Below, piece after piece: positions 27,701 to 42,700 of a DNA stretch of 64,000 nt. The position numbers and the translations under genes were made by a program. The stretch's first letter is position 1, and every line of letters begins with the position of its first letter. This DNA comes from the human T2T-CHM13v2.0 reference genome, Homo sapiens: assembly GCF_009914755.1 (NCBI RefSeq), contig NC_060939.1. One strand, written 5' to 3'. Under the pieces are notes generated by a model. That model was not told the DNA's origin and made no database searches. It was given only the letters and a program-made list of their open reading frames with translations.

Positions 27701-28954
27701 TCAAAAGATAGGTTCAACTCTGTTAGTTGAGTACACACATGGCAAACAAGACTGTGAGAATGCTTTCGTCTAGTCTTTTTGGGAAGATATTCCCTTCTTC
27801 ACCATAGGCCTCAAAGCGCGCCAAATATCCATTTCCACATAGTATACAAAGAGTGTCTCAAACCTGCTGTATGAATGGGAATGTTCAACTCTATGAGTTG
27901 AATGCAAACATCACAAAGAAGTTTCTGAGAATGCTGCTGTCTAGATTTTATATGAAGGTTTTCCCGCTTCCAATGAAATTTTCAATGCTCTCAAAATATC
28001 CTCTTGTAGATTCTACAAAAAGAGTGTTTCTAAACTGCTGTGTCAAAACAAAGGTTCATCTCTTTTAGTTGAGGACACACATCACAAATAAGTTTCTGAG
28101 AATGCTTCTGTCTAGTTCTTATTTGAAGACATTTCCTTTCTCACCTTAGGCCTGAAAACGCTCGAAATATCCACTTCCAGATACGACAGAAACAGGGATT
28201 CAAACCTGCTCTATGAAAGGGAATGTTCAACTAGGTGACTTGAATGCAAACATCACAAAGCAGTTTCTGAGAATGCTGCTGTCTACTTTCTATTTGTAAT
28301 CCCGTTTCCAACGAAATCCTCAGAACTATCAAAATTTCCAATTGCAGATTCCACAAAAAGCGTGTTTCAAAGCTGCTCTGTAAAAAGAAAGGTTCAACTC
28401 TGTTAGTTGAATACACACGTCACAAACACGTTTCTGAGAATGCTTCTGTCTAGTTTTTATGGGAAGATATTTCCTTTTTCACCGTAGGCCTCAAAGCGCT
28501 CCAAATGTGCACTTCCACATACTACAAAAAGAGTGTTTCAAACCTGCTCTATGATAGGGAATGTTGAAACCTATGAGTTGAATGCAAGCATTACAAAGAG
28601 GTTTCTGAGAATGCTTCTGTCTAGATTTTATATGTAGATATTCCCGTTTCCAACGAAATCCTCAAACTATCCAAATATCAACTTGCAGATTCTACAAAAG
28701 GAATGTTTCCAAAATGCTGTATCCAAACAAAGGTTCAACTCTGTGAATTGAGGGCATACATCACAAAGAAGATTCTGAGAATGCTTCTGTCTAGATTTTA
28801 TATGAAAATATTCCCGTTTCCAACGAAATCCTCAAAGCTATCCAAATATCCACTTGCAAATGCCACAAAAAGAGTGTTTCCAAACTGCTCTGTGAAAAGG
28901 AAGGTTCAACTCTGTTAGTTGAGGACACACATCACAAAGAGGTTTCTGAGAATG

Positions 28955-30660
28955 CTGCTGACTAGTTTTTATTTGAAGATATTTCCCTTTTCACCTTAGG
29001 CCTAAGAGTGCTCGAAATGTCCATTTCCACATACTCCACAAAGTGTGTTTCAAACGTGCTGTATGAAAGGGAATGTTCAACTCTATGAGTTGAATGCAAA
29101 CATCACAAAGAAGATTCTGAGAATGCTTTTGTCTAGATTTTATATGAAGATATTCCCGTGTCCAACGAAATTTTCAAAGGTCTCCAAATATCCATTTGTA
29201 GATTCTACAAAAAGAGTGTTTCCAAACTGCTGTATCAAAACAAAGGTTGAACTCTGTGAGTTGAGGACACACATCACAAATAAGTTTCTGAGAATGCTTC
29301 TGTCTAGTTTTTATTTGAAGATGTTTCCTTTTTCACCATAGGCCTGAAAGCGCTCGAAATATCCACTTCCAGATAGTACAGAAAGAGTGTTTCAAACCTG
29401 CTCTATGAACGGGAATGTTCAGCTCTGTGAGTAGAATGCAAACATCACAAAGCAGGTTCTGAGAATGCTTCCGTCTAGATTTTAAATGAGGATATTCCCG
29501 TTTCCAACGAAATCCTCGAAGCTATCCAAATATCCACTTGCAGATTCCACAAAAAGAGTGTTTCAAAACTGCTCTGTCAAAAGATAGGTTCAACTCTGTT
29601 AGTTGAGTACACACATGGCAAACAAGATTCCGAGAATGCTTTCGTCTAGTTTTTTTGGGAAGATATTTCCTTCTTCACCATAGGCCTCAAAGCGCTCCAA
29701 ATATCCATTTCCACATGCTATACAAAGAGTGTCTCAAACCTGCTCTATGAATGGGAATGTTCAACTCTATGAGTTGAATGCAAACATCACAAAGAAGTTT
29801 CTGAGAATGCTGCTGTCTAGATTTTATATGAAGGTTTTCCCGCTTCCAACGAAATTTTCAATGCTCTCAAAATATCCTCTTGTAGATTCTACAAAAAGAG
29901 TGTTTCCAAACTGCTGTATCAAAACAAAGGTTCATCTCTGTTAGTTGAGGACACACATCACAAATAAGTTTCTGAGAATGCTTCTGTCTAGTTCTTATTT
30001 GAAGACATTTCCTTTCTCACCTTAGGCCTGAAAGCGCTCGAAATACCCACTTCCAGATACTACAGAAACAGTGATTCAAACCTGCTCTATGAAAGGGAAT
30101 GTTCAACTATGTGACTTGAATGCAAACATCACAAAGCAGTTTCTGAGAATGCTGCTGTCTACTTTCTATTTGTAATCCCGTTTCCAACGAAATCCTCAGA
30201 ACTATCGAAATTTCCAATTGCAGATTCCACAGAAACAGGGTTTCAAAGCTGCTCTGTAAAAAGAAAGGTTCAACTCTGTTAGTTGAATACACACGTCACA
30301 AACAAGTTTCTGAGAATGCTTCTGTCTAGTTTTTATGGGAAGATATTTCCTTTTTCACCGTAGGCCTCAAAGCGCTCCAAATGTCCACTTCCACATACTA
30401 CAAAAAGAGTGTTTCAAACCTGCTGTATGAAAGGGAATGTTCAACTCTATGAGTTGAATGCAAACATTACAAAGAAGTTTCTGAGAATGCCTCTGTCTAG
30501 ATTTTATATGAAGGTTTTCCCGTTTCCAAGGAAATTTTCAATGCTCTCAAAATATCCACTTGTAGATTCTACAAAAAGAGTGTTTCCAATCTGCTGTGTC
30601 AAAAGAAAGGTTCAACTCTGTTAGTTGAGGACACACATCACAAAGAGGTTTCTGAGAATG
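28955..30660 (-). repeat. 10-mer HOR variant, copy 2 (1706 bp)
   Basis: Spacing 29045->30751; same junction and markers as copy 1. Confidence 0.9.
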
Positions 30661-33600
30661 CTGCTGACTAGTTTTTATTTGAAGATATTTCCCTTTTCAC
30701 CTTAGGCCTAAGAGTGCTCGAAATGTCCATTTCCACATACTCCACAAAGTGTGTTTCAAACGTGCTGTATGAAAGGGAATGTTCAACTCTATGAGTTGAA
30801 TGCAAACATCACAAAGAAGATTCTGAGAATGCTTTTGTCTAGATTTTATATGAAGATATTCCCGTGTCCAACGAAATTTTCAAAGGTCTCCAAATACGCA
30901 TTTGTAGATTCTACAAAAAGAGTGTTTCCAAACTGCTGTATCAAAACAAAGGTTGAACTCTGTGAGTTGAGGACACACATCACAAATAAGTTTCTGAGAA
31001 TGCTTCTGTCTAGTTTTTATTTGAAGATGTTTCCTTTTTCACCATAGGCCTGAAAGCGCTCGAAATGTCCACTTCCAGATAGTACAGAAAGAGTGTTTCA
31101 AACCTGCTCTATGAACGGGAATGTTCAGCTCTGTGAGTTGAATGCAAACATCACAAAGCAGGTTCTGAGAATGCTTCCGTCTAGATTTTAAATGAGGATA
31201 TTCCCGTTTCCAACGAAATCCTCGAAGCTATCCAAATATCCACTTGCAGATTCCACAAAAAGAGTGTTTCAAAACTGCTCTGTCAAAAGATAGGTTCAAC
31301 TCTGTTAGTTGAGTACACACATGGCAAACAAGATTCCGAGAATGCTTTCGTCTAGTTTTTTTGGGAAGATATTTCCTTCTTCACCATAGGCCTCAAAGCG
31401 CTCCAAATATCCATTTCCACATGCTATACAAAGAGTGTCTCAAACCTGCTGTATGAATGGGAATGTTCAACTCTATGAGTTGAATGCAAACATCACAAAG
31501 AAGTTTCTGAGAATGCTGCTGTCTAGATTTTATATGAAGGTTTTCCCGCTTCCAACGAAATTTTCAATGCTCTCAAAATATCCTCTTGTAGATTCTACAA
31601 AAAGAGTGTTTCCAAACTGCTGTATCAAAACAAAGGTTCATCTCTGTTAGTTGAGGACACACATCACAAATAAGTTTCTGAGAATGCTTCTGTCTAGTTC
31701 TTATTTGAAGACATTTCCTTTCTCACCTTAGGCCTGAAAACGCTCGAAATATCCACTTCCAGATACGACAGAAACTGTGATTCAAACCTGCTCTATGAAA
31801 GGGAATGTTCAACTAGGTGACTTGAATGCAAACATCACAAAGCAGTTTCTGAGAATGCTGCTGTCTACTTTGTATTTGGAATCCCGTTTCCAACGAAATC
31901 CTCAGAACTATCGAAATTTCCAATTGCAGATTCCACAAAAAGCGTGTTTCAAAGCTGCTCTGTAGAAAGAAAGGTTCAACTCTGTTAGTTGAATACACAC
32001 GTCACAAACAAGTTTCTGAGAATGCTTCTGTCTAGTTTTTATGGGAAGATATTTCCTTTTTCACCGTAGGCCTCAAAGCGCTCCAAATGTCCACTTCCAC
32101 ATACTACAAAAAGAGTGTTTCAAACCTGCTGTATGAAAGGGAATGTTCAACTCTATGAGTTGAATGCAAACATTACAAAGAAGTTTCTGAGAATGCTTCT
32201 GTCTAGATTTTATATGAAGGTTTTCCCGTTTCCAACGAAATTTTCAATGCTCTCAAAATATCCACTTGTAGATTCTACAAAAAGAGTGTTTCCAAACTGC
32301 TGTGTCAAAAGAAAGGTTCAACTCTGTTAGTTGAGGACACACATCACAAATAAGTTTCTGAGAATGCTTCTGTCTAGTTCTTATTTGAAGACATTTCCTT
32401 TCTCACCTTAGGCCTGAAAACGCTCGAAATATCCACTTCCAGATACGACAGAAACAGTGATTCAAACCTGCTCTATGAAAGGGAATGTTCAACTAGGTGA
32501 CTTGAATGCAAACATCACAAAGCAGTTTCTGAGAATGCTGCTGTCTACTTTCTATTTGTAATCCCGTTTCCAACGAAATCCTCAGAACTATCGAAATTTC
32601 CAATTGCAGATTCCACAAAAAGCGTGTTTCAAAGCTGCTCTGTAAAAAGAAAGGTTCAACTCTGTTAGTTGAATACACACGTCACAAACAAGTTTCTGAG
32701 AATGCTTCTGTCTAGTTTTTATGGGAAGATATTTCCTTTTTCACCGTAGGCCTCAAAGCGCTCCAAATGTCCACTTCCACATACTACAAAAAGAGTGTTT
32801 CAAACCTGCTCTATGATAGGGAATGTTGAAACCTATGAGTTGAATGCAAGCATTACAAAGAGGTTTCTGAGAATGCTTCTGTCTAGATTTTATATGTAGA
32901 TATTCCCGTTTCCAACGAAATCCTCAAAGCTATCCAAATATCAACTTGCAGATTCTACAAAAGGAATGTTTCCAAAATGCTGTATCCAAACAAAGGTTCA
33001 ACTCTGTGAATTGAGGGCATACATCACAAAGAAGATTCTGAGAATGCTTCTGTCTAGATTTTATATGAAAATATTCCCGTTTCCAACGAAATCCTCAAAG
33101 CTATCCAAATATCCACTTGCAAATGCCACAAAAAGAGTGTTTCCAAACTGCTCTGTGAAAAGGAAGGTTCAACTCTGTTAGTTGAGGACACACATCACAA
33201 AGAGGTTTCTGAGAATGCTGCTGACTAGTTTTTATTTGAAGATATTTCCCTTTTCACCTTAGGCCTAAGAGTGCTCGAAATGTCCATTTCCACATACTCC
33301 ACAAAGTGTGTTCCAAACGTGCTGTCTGAAAGGGAATGTTCAACTCTATGAGTTGAATGCAAACATCACAAAGAAGATTCTGAGAATGCTTTTGTCTAGA
33401 TTTTATATGAAGGTATTCCCGTGTCCAACGAAATTTTCAATGGTCTCCAAATATCCATTTGTAGATTCTACAAAAAGAGTGTTTCCAAACTGCTGTATCA
33501 AAACAAAGGTTGAACTCTGTGAGTTGAGGACACACATCACAAATAAGTTTCTGAGAATGCTTCTGTCTAGTTTTTATTTGAAGATATTTCCTTTTTCACC

Positions 33601-35093
33601 ATAGGCCTGAAAGCGCTCGAAATGTCCACTTCCAGATAGTACAGAAAGAGTGTTTCAAACCTGCTCTATGAACGGGAATGTTCAGCTCTCTGAGTTGAAT
33701 GCAAACATCACAAAGCAGGTTCTGAGAATGCTTCCGTCTAGATTTTATATGAGGATATTCCCGTTTCCAAGGAAATCCTCGAAGCTATCCAAATATCCAT
33801 TTGCAGATTCCACAAAAAGAGTGTTTCAAAACTGCTCTATCAAAAGATAGGTTCAACTCTGTTAGTTGAGTACACACATGGCAAACAAGACTGTGAGAAT
33901 GCTTTCGTCTAGTCTTTTTGGGAAGATATTCCCTTCTTCACCATAGGCCTCAAAGCGCGCCAAATATCCATTTCCACATAGTATACAAAGAGTGTCTCAA
34001 ACCTGCTGTATGAATGGGAATGTTCAACTCTATGAGTTGAATGCAAACATCACAAAGAAGTTTCTGAGAATGCTGCTGTCTAGATTTTATATGAAGGTTT
34101 TCCCGCTTCCAATGAAATTTTCAATGCTCTCAAAATATCCTCTTGTAGATTCTACAAAAAGAGTGTTTCTAAACTGCTGTGTCAAAACAAAGGTTCATCT
34201 CTGTTAGTTGAGGACACACATCACAAATAAGTTTCTGAGAATGCTTCTGTCTAGTTCTTATTTGAAGACATTTCCTTTCTCACCTTAGGCCTGAAAACGC
34301 TCGAAATATCCACTTCCAGATACGACAGAAACAGGGATTCAAACCTGCTCTATGAAAGGGAATGTTCAACTAGGTGACTTGAATGCAAACATCACAAAGC
34401 AGTTTCTGAGAATGCTGCTGTCTACTTTCTATTTGTAATCCCGTTTCCAACGAAATCCTCAGAACTATCAAAATTTCCAATTGCAGATTCCACAAAAAGC
34501 GTGTTTCAAAGCTGCTCTGTAAAAAGAAAGGTTCAACTCTGTTAGTTGAATACACACGTCACAAACACGTTTCTGAGAATGCTTCTGTCTAGTTTTTATG
34601 GGAAGATATTTCCTTTTTCACCGTAGGCCTCAAAGCGCTCCAAATGTGCACTTCCACATACTACAAAAAGAGTGTTTCAAACCTGCTCTATGATAGGGAA
34701 TGTTGAAACCTATGAGTTGAATGCAAGCATTACAAAGAGGTTTCTGAGAATGCTTCTGTCTAGATTTTATATGTAGATATTCCCGTTTCCAACGAAATCC
34801 TCAAACTATCCAAATATCAACTTGCAGATTCTACAAAAGGAATGTTTCCAAAATGCTGTATCCAAACAAAGGTTCAACTCTGTGAATTGAGGGCATACAT
34901 CACAAAGAAGATTCTGAGAATGCTTCTGTCTAGATTTTATATGAAAATATTCCCGTTTCCAACGAAATCCTCAAAGCTATCCAAATATCCACTTGCAAAT
35001 GCCACAAAAAGAGTGTTTCCAAACTGCTCTGTGAAAAGGAAGGTTCAACTCTGTTAGTTGAGTACACACATCACAAAGAGGTTTCTGAGAATG

Positions 35094-36799
35094 CTGCTGA
35101 CTAGTTTTTATTTGAAGATATTTCCCTTTTCACCTTAGGCCTAAGAGTGCTCGAAATGTCCATTTCCACATACTCCACAAAGTGTGTTTCAAACGTGCTG
35201 TATGAAAGGGAATGTTCAACTCTATGAGTTGAATGCAAACATCACAAAGAAGATTCTGAGAATGCTTTTGTCTAGATTTTATATGAAGATATTCCCGTGT
35301 CCAACGAAATTTTCAAAGGTCTCCAAATATCCATTTGTAGATTCTACAAAAAGAGTGTTTCCAAACTGCTGTATCAAAACAAAGGTTGAACTCTGTGAGT
35401 TGAGGACACACATCACAAATAAGTTTCTGAGAATGCTTCTGTCTAGTTTTTATTTGAAGATGTTTCCTTTTTCACCATAGGCCTGAAAGCGCTCGAAATA
35501 TCCACTTCCAGATAGTACAGAAAGAGTGTTTCAAACCTGCTCTATGAACGGGAATGTTCAGCTCTGTGAGTAGAATGCAAACATCACAAAGCAGGTTCTG
35601 AGAATGCTTCCGTCTAGATTTTAAATGAGGATATTCCCGTTTCCAACGAAATCCTCGAAGCTATCCAAATATCCACTTGCAGATTCCACAAAAAGAGTGT
35701 TTCAAAACTGCTCTGTCAAAAGATGGGTTCAACTCTGTTAGTTGAGTACACACATGGCAAACAAGATTCCGAGAATGCTTTCGTCTAGTTTTTTTGGGAA
35801 GATATTTCCTTCTTCACCATAGGCCTCAAAGCGCTCCAAATATCCATTTCCACATGCTATACAAAGAGTGTCTCAAACCTGCTCTATGAATGGGAATGTT
35901 CAACTCTATGAGTTGAATGCAAACATCACAAAGAAGTTTCTGAGAATGCTGCTGTCTAGATTTTATATGAAGGTTTTCCCGCTTCCAACGAAATTTTCAA
36001 TGCTCTCAAAATATCCTCTTGTAGATTCTACAAAAAGAGTGTTTCCAAACTGCTGTATCAAAACAAAGGTTCATCTCTGTTAGTTGAGGACACACATCAC
36101 AAATAAGTTTCTGAGAATGCTTCTGTCTAGTTCTTATTTGAAGACATTTCCTTTCTCACCTTAGGCCTGAAAGCGCTCGAAATACCCACTTCCAGATACT
36201 ACAGAAACAGTGATTCAAACCTGCTCTATGAAAGGGAATGTTCAACTATGTGACTTGAATGCAAACATCACAAAGCAGTTTCTGAGAATGCTGCTGTCTA
36301 CTTTCTATTTGTAATCCCGTTTCCAACGAAATCCTCAGAACTATCGAAATTTCCAATTGCAGATTCCACAGAAACAGGGTTTCAAAGCTGCTCTGTAAAA
36401 AGAAAGGTTCAACTCTGTTAGTTGAATACACACGTCACAAACAAGTTTCTGAGAATGCTTCTGTCTAGTTTTTATGGGAAGATATTTCCTTTTTCACCGT
36501 AGGCCTCAAAGCGCTCCAAATGTCCACTTCCACATACTACAAAAAGAGTGTTTCAAACCTGCTGTATGAAAGGGAATGTTCAACTCTATGAGTTGAATGC
36601 AAACATTACAAAGAAGTTTCTGAGAATGCCTCTGTCTAGATTTTATATGAAGGTTTTCCCGTTTCCAAGGAAATTTTCAATGCTCTCAAAATATCCACTT
36701 GTAGATTCTACAAAAAGAGTGTTTCCAATCTGCTGTGTCAAAAGAAAGGTTCAACTCTGTTAGTTGAGGACACACATCACAAAGAGGTTTCTGAGAATG
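35094..36799 (-). repeat. 10-mer HOR variant, copy 3 (1706 bp)
   Basis: Spacing 35184->36890; same junction and markers as copy 1. Confidence 0.9.
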
Positions 36800-39700
36800 C
36801 TGCTGACTAGTTTTTATTTGAAGATATTTCCCTTTTCACCTTAGGCCTAAGAGTGCTCGAAATGTCCATTTCCACATACTCCACAAAGTGTGTTTCAAAC
36901 GTGCTGTATGAAAGGGAATGTTCAACTCTATGAGTTGAATGCAAACATCACAAAGAAGATTCTGAGAATGCTTTTGTCTAGATTTTATATGAAGATATTC
37001 CCGTGTCCAACGAAATTTTCAAAGGTCTCCAAATACGCATTTGTAGATTCTACAAAAAGAGTGTTTCCAAACTGCTGTATCAAAACAAAGGTTGAACTCT
37101 GTGAGTTGAGGACACACATCACAAATAAGTTTCTGAGAATGCTTCTGTCTAGTTTTTATTTGAAGATGTTTCCTTTTTCACCATAGGCCTGAAAGCGCTC
37201 GAAATGTCCACTTCCAGATAGTACAGAAAGAGTGTTTCAAACCTGCTCTATGAACGGGAATGTTCAGCTCTGTGAGTTGAATGCAAACATCACAAAGCAG
37301 GTTCTGAGAATGCTTCCGTCTAGATTTTAAATGAGGATATTCCCGTTTCCAACGAAATCCTCGAAGCTATCCAAATATCCACTTGCAGATTCCACAAAAA
37401 GAGTGTTTCAAAACTGCTCTGTCAAAAGATAGGTTCAACTCTGTTAGTTGAGTACACACATGGCAAACAAGATTCCGAGAATGCTTTCGTCTAGTTTTTT
37501 TGGGAAGATATTTCCTTCTTCACCATAGGCCTCAAAGCGCTCCAAATATCCATTTCCACATGCTATACAAAGAGTGTCTCAAACCTGCTGTATGAATGGG
37601 AATGTTCAACTCTATGAGTTGAATGCAAACATCACAAAGAAGTTTCTGAGAATGCTGCTGTCTAGATTTTATATGAAGGTTTTCCCGCTTCCAACGAAAT
37701 TTTCAATGCTCTCAAAATATCCTCTTGTAAATTCTACAAAAAGAGTGTTTCCAAACTGCTGTATCAAAACAAAGGTTCATCTCTGTTAGTTGAGGACACA
37801 CATCACAAATAAGTTTCTGAGAATGCTTCTGTCTAGTTCTTATTTGAAGACATTTCCTTTCTCACCTTAGGCCTGAAAACGCTCGAAATATCCACTTCCA
37901 GATACGACAGAAACTGTGATTCAAACCTGCTCTATGAAAGGGAATGTTCAACTAGGTGACTTGAATGCAAACATCACAAAGCAGTTTCTGAGAATGCTGC
38001 TGTCTACTTTGTATTTGTAATCCCGTTTCCAACGAAATCCTCAGAACTATCGAAATTTCCAATTGCAGATTCCACAAAAAGCGTGTTTCAAAGCTGCTCT
38101 GTAGAAAGAAAGGTTCAACTCTGTTAGTTGAATACACACGTCACAAACAAGTTTCTGAGAATGCTTCTGTCTAGTTTTTATGGGAAGATATTTCCTTTTT
38201 CACCGTAGGCCTCAAAGCGCTCCAAATGTCCACTTCCACATACTACAAAAAGAGTGTTTCAAACCTGCTGTATGAAAGGGAATGTTCAACTCTATGAGTT
38301 GAATGCAAACATTACAAAGAAGTTTCTGAGAATGCTTCTGTCTAGATTTTATATGAAGGTTTTCCCGTTTCCAACGAAATTTTCAATGCTCTCAAAATAT
38401 CCACTTGTAGATTCTACAAAAAGAGTGTTTCCAAACTGCTGTGTCAAAAGAAAGGTTCAACTCTGTTAGTTGAGGACACACATCACAAATAAGTTTCTGA
38501 GAATGCTTCTGTCTAGTTCTTATTTGAAGACATTTCCTTTCTCACCTTAGGCCTGAAAACGCTCGAAATATCCACTTCCAGATACGACAGAAACAGTGAT
38601 TCAAACCTGCTCTATGAAAGGGAATGTTCAACTAGGTGACTTGAATGCAAACATCACAAAGCAGTTTCTGAGAATGCTGCTGTCTACTTTCTATTTGTAA
38701 TCCCGTTTCCAACGAAATCCTCAGAACTATCGAAATTTCCAATTGCAGATTCCACAAAAAGCGTGTTTCAAAGCTGCTCTGTAAAAAGAAAGGTTCAACT
38801 CTGTTAGTTGAATACACACGTCACAAACAAGTTTCTGAGAATGCTTCTGTCTAGTTTTTATGGGAAGATATTTCCTTTTTCACCGTAGGCCTCAAAGCGC
38901 TCCAAATGTCCACTTCCACATACTACAAAAAGAGTGTTTCAAACCTGCTCTATGATAGGGAATGTTGAAACCTATGAGTTCAATGCAAGCATTACAAAGA
39001 GGTTTCTGAGAATGCTTCTGTCTAGATTTTATATGTAGATATTCCCGTTTCCAACGAAATCCTCAAAGCTATCCAAATATCAACTTGCAGATTCTACAAA
39101 AGGAATGTTTCCAAAATGCTGTATCCAAACAAAGGTTCAACTCTGTGAATTGAGGGCATACATCACAAAGAAGATTCTGAGAATGCTTCTGTCTAGATTT
39201 TATATGAAAATATTCCCGTTTCCAACGAAATCCTCAAAGCTATCCAAATATCCACTTGCAAATGTCACAAAAAGAGTGTTTCCAAACTGCTCTGTGAAAA
39301 GGAAGGTTCAACTCTGTTAGTTGAGGACACACATCACAAAGAGGTTTCTGAGAATGCTGCTGACTAGTTTTTATTTGAAGATATTTCCCTTTTCACCTTA
39401 GGCCTAAGAGTGCTCGAAATGTCCATTTCCACATACTCCACAAAGTGTGTTCCAAACGTGCTGTCTGAAAGGGAATGTTCAACTCTATGAGTTGAATGCA
39501 AACATCACAAAGAAGATTCTGAGAATGCTTTTGTCTAGATTTTATATGAAGGTATTCCCGTGTCCAACGAAATTTTCAATGGTCTCCAAATATCCATTTG
39601 TAGATTCTACAAAAAGAGTGTTTCCAAACTGCTGTATCAAAACAAAGGTTGAACTCTGTGAGTTGAGGACACACATCACAAATAAGTTTCTGAGAATGCT

Positions 39701-42700
39701 TCTGTCTAGTTTTTATTTGAAGATATTTCCTTTTTCACCATAGGCCTGAAAGCGCTCGAAATGTCCACTTCCAGATAGTACAGAAAGAGTGTTTCAAACC
39801 TGCTCTATGAACAGGAATGTTCAGCTCTGTGAGTTGAATGCAAACATCACAAAGCAGGTTCTGAGAATGCTTCCGTCTAGATTTTATATGAGGATATTCC
39901 CGTTTCCAAGGAAATCCTCGAAGCTATCCAAATATCCATTTGCAGATTCCACAAAAAGAGTGTTTCAAAACTGCTCTATCAAAAGATAGGTTCAACTCTG
40001 TTAGTTGAGTACACACATGGCAAACAAGACTGTGAGAATGCTTTCGTCTAGTCTTTTTGGGAAGATATTCCCTTCTTCACCATAGGCCTCAAAGCGCGCC
40101 AAATATCCATTTCCACATAGTATACAAAGAGTGTCTCAAACCTGCTGTATGAATGGGAATGTTCAACTCTATGAGTTGAATGCAAACATCACAAAGAAGT
40201 TTCTGAGAATGCTGCTGTCTAGATTTTATATGAAGGTTTTCCCGCTTCCAATGAAATTTTCAATGCTCTCAAAATATCCTCTTGTAGATTCTACAAAAAG
40301 AGTGTTTCTAAACTGCTGTGTCAAAACAAAGGTTCATCTCTGTTAGTTGAGGACACACATCACAAATAAGTTTCTGAGAATGCTTCTGTCTAGTTCTTAT
40401 TTGAAGACATTTCCTTTCTCACCTTAGGCCTGAAAACGCTCGAAATATCCACTTCCAGATACGACAGAAACAGGGATTCAAACCTGCTCTATGAAAGGGA
40501 ATGTTCAACTAGGTGACTTGAATGCAAACATCACAAAGCAGTTTCTGAGAATGCTGCTGTCTACTTTCTATTTGTAATCCCGTTTCCAACGAAATCCTCA
40601 GAACTATCGAAATTTCCAATTGCAGATTCCACAAAAAGCGTGTTTCAAAGCTGCTCTGTAAAAAGAAAGGTTCAACTCTGTTAGTTGAATACGCACGTCA
40701 CAAACAAGTTTCTGAGAATGCTTCTGTCTAGTTTTTATGGGAAGATATTTCCTTTTTCACCGTAGGCCTCAAAGCGCTCCAAATGTCCACTTCCACATAC
40801 TACAAAAAGAGTGTTTCAAACCTGCTCTATGATAGGGAATGTTGAAACCTATGAGTTGAATGCAAGCATTACAAAGAGGTTTCTGAGAATGCTTCTGTCT
40901 AGATTTTATATGTAGATATTCCCGTTTCCAACGAAATCCTCAAAGCTATCCAAATATCAACTTGCAGATTCTACAAAAGGAATGTTTCCAAAATGCTGTA
41001 TCCAAACAAAGGTTCAACTCTGTGAATTGAGGGCATACATCACAAAGAAGATTCTGAGAATGCTTCTGTCTAGATTTTATATGAAAATATTCCCGTTTCC
41101 AACGAAATCCTCAAAGCTATCCAAATATCCACTTGCAAATGCCACAAAAAGAGTGTTTCCAAACTGCTCTGTGAAAAGGAAGGTTCAACTCTGTTAGTTG
41201 AGTACACACATCACAAAGAGGTTTCTGAGAATGCTGCTGACTAGTTTTTATTTGAAGATATTTCCCTTTTCACCTTAGGCCTAAGAGTGCTCGAAATGTC
41301 CATTTCCACATACTCCACAAAGTGTGTTTCAAACGTGCTGTATGAAAGGGAATGTTCAACTCTATGAGTTGAATGCAAACATCACAAAGAAGATTCTGAG
41401 AATGCTTTTGTCTAGATTTTATATGAAGATATTCCCGTGTCCAACGAAATTTTCAAAGGTCTCCAAATATCCATTTGTAGATTCTACAAAAAGAGTGTTT
41501 CCAAACTGCTGTATCAAAACAAAGGTTGAACTCTGTGAGTTGAGGACACACATCACAAATAAGTTTCTGAGAATGCTTCTGTCTAGTTTTTATTTGAAGA
41601 TGTTTCCTTTTTCACCATAGGCCTGAAAGCGCTCGAAATGTCCACTTCCAGATAGTACAGAAAGAGTGTTTCAAACCTGCTCTATGAACGGGAATGTTCA
41701 GCTCTGTGAGTTGAATGCAAACATCACAAAGCAGGTTCTGAGAATGCTTCCGTCTAGATTTTAAATGAGGATATTCCCGTTTCCAACGAAATCCTCGAAG
41801 CTATCCAAATATCCACTTGCAGATTCCACAAAAAGAGTGTTTCAAAACTGCTCTGTCAAAAGATAGGTTCAACTCTGTTAGTTGAGTACACACATGGCAA
41901 ACAAGATTCCGAGAATGCTTTCGTCTAGTTTTTTTGGGAAGATATTTCCTTTTTCACCGTAGGCCTCAAAGCGCTCCAAATGTCCACTTCCACATACTAC
42001 AAAAAGAGTGTTTCAAACCTGCTGTATGAAAGGGAATGTTCAACTCTATGAGTTGAATGCAAACATTACAAAGAAGTTTCTGAGAATGCTTCTGTCTAGA
42101 TTTTATATGAAGGTTTTCCCGTTTCCAACGAAATTTTCAATGCTCTCAAAATATCCACTTGTAGATTCTACAAAAAGAGTGTTTCCAAACTGCTGTGTCA
42201 AAAGAAAGGTTCAACTCTGTTAGTTGAGGACACACATCACAAATAAGTTTCTGAGAATGCTTCTGTCTAGTTCTTATTTGAAGACATTTCCTTTCTCACC
42301 TTAGGCCTGAAAACGCTCGAAATATCCACTTCCAGATACGACAGAAACAGTGATTCAAACCTGCTCTATGAAAGGGAATGTTCAACTAGGTGACTTGAAT
42401 GCAAACATCACAAAGCAGTTTCTGAGAATGCTGCTGTCTACTTTCTATTTGTAATCCCGTTTCCAACGAAATCCTCAGAACTATCGAAATTTCCAATTGC
42501 AGATTCCACAAAAAGCGTGTTTCAAAGCTGCTCTGTAAAAAGAAAGGTTCAACTCTGTTAGTTGAATACGCACGTCACAAACAAGTTTCTGAGAATGCTT
42601 CTGTCTAGTTTTTATGGGAAGATATTTCCTTTTTCACCGTAGGCCTCAAAGCGCTCCAAATGTCCACTTCCACATACTACAAAAAGAGTGTTTCAAACCT

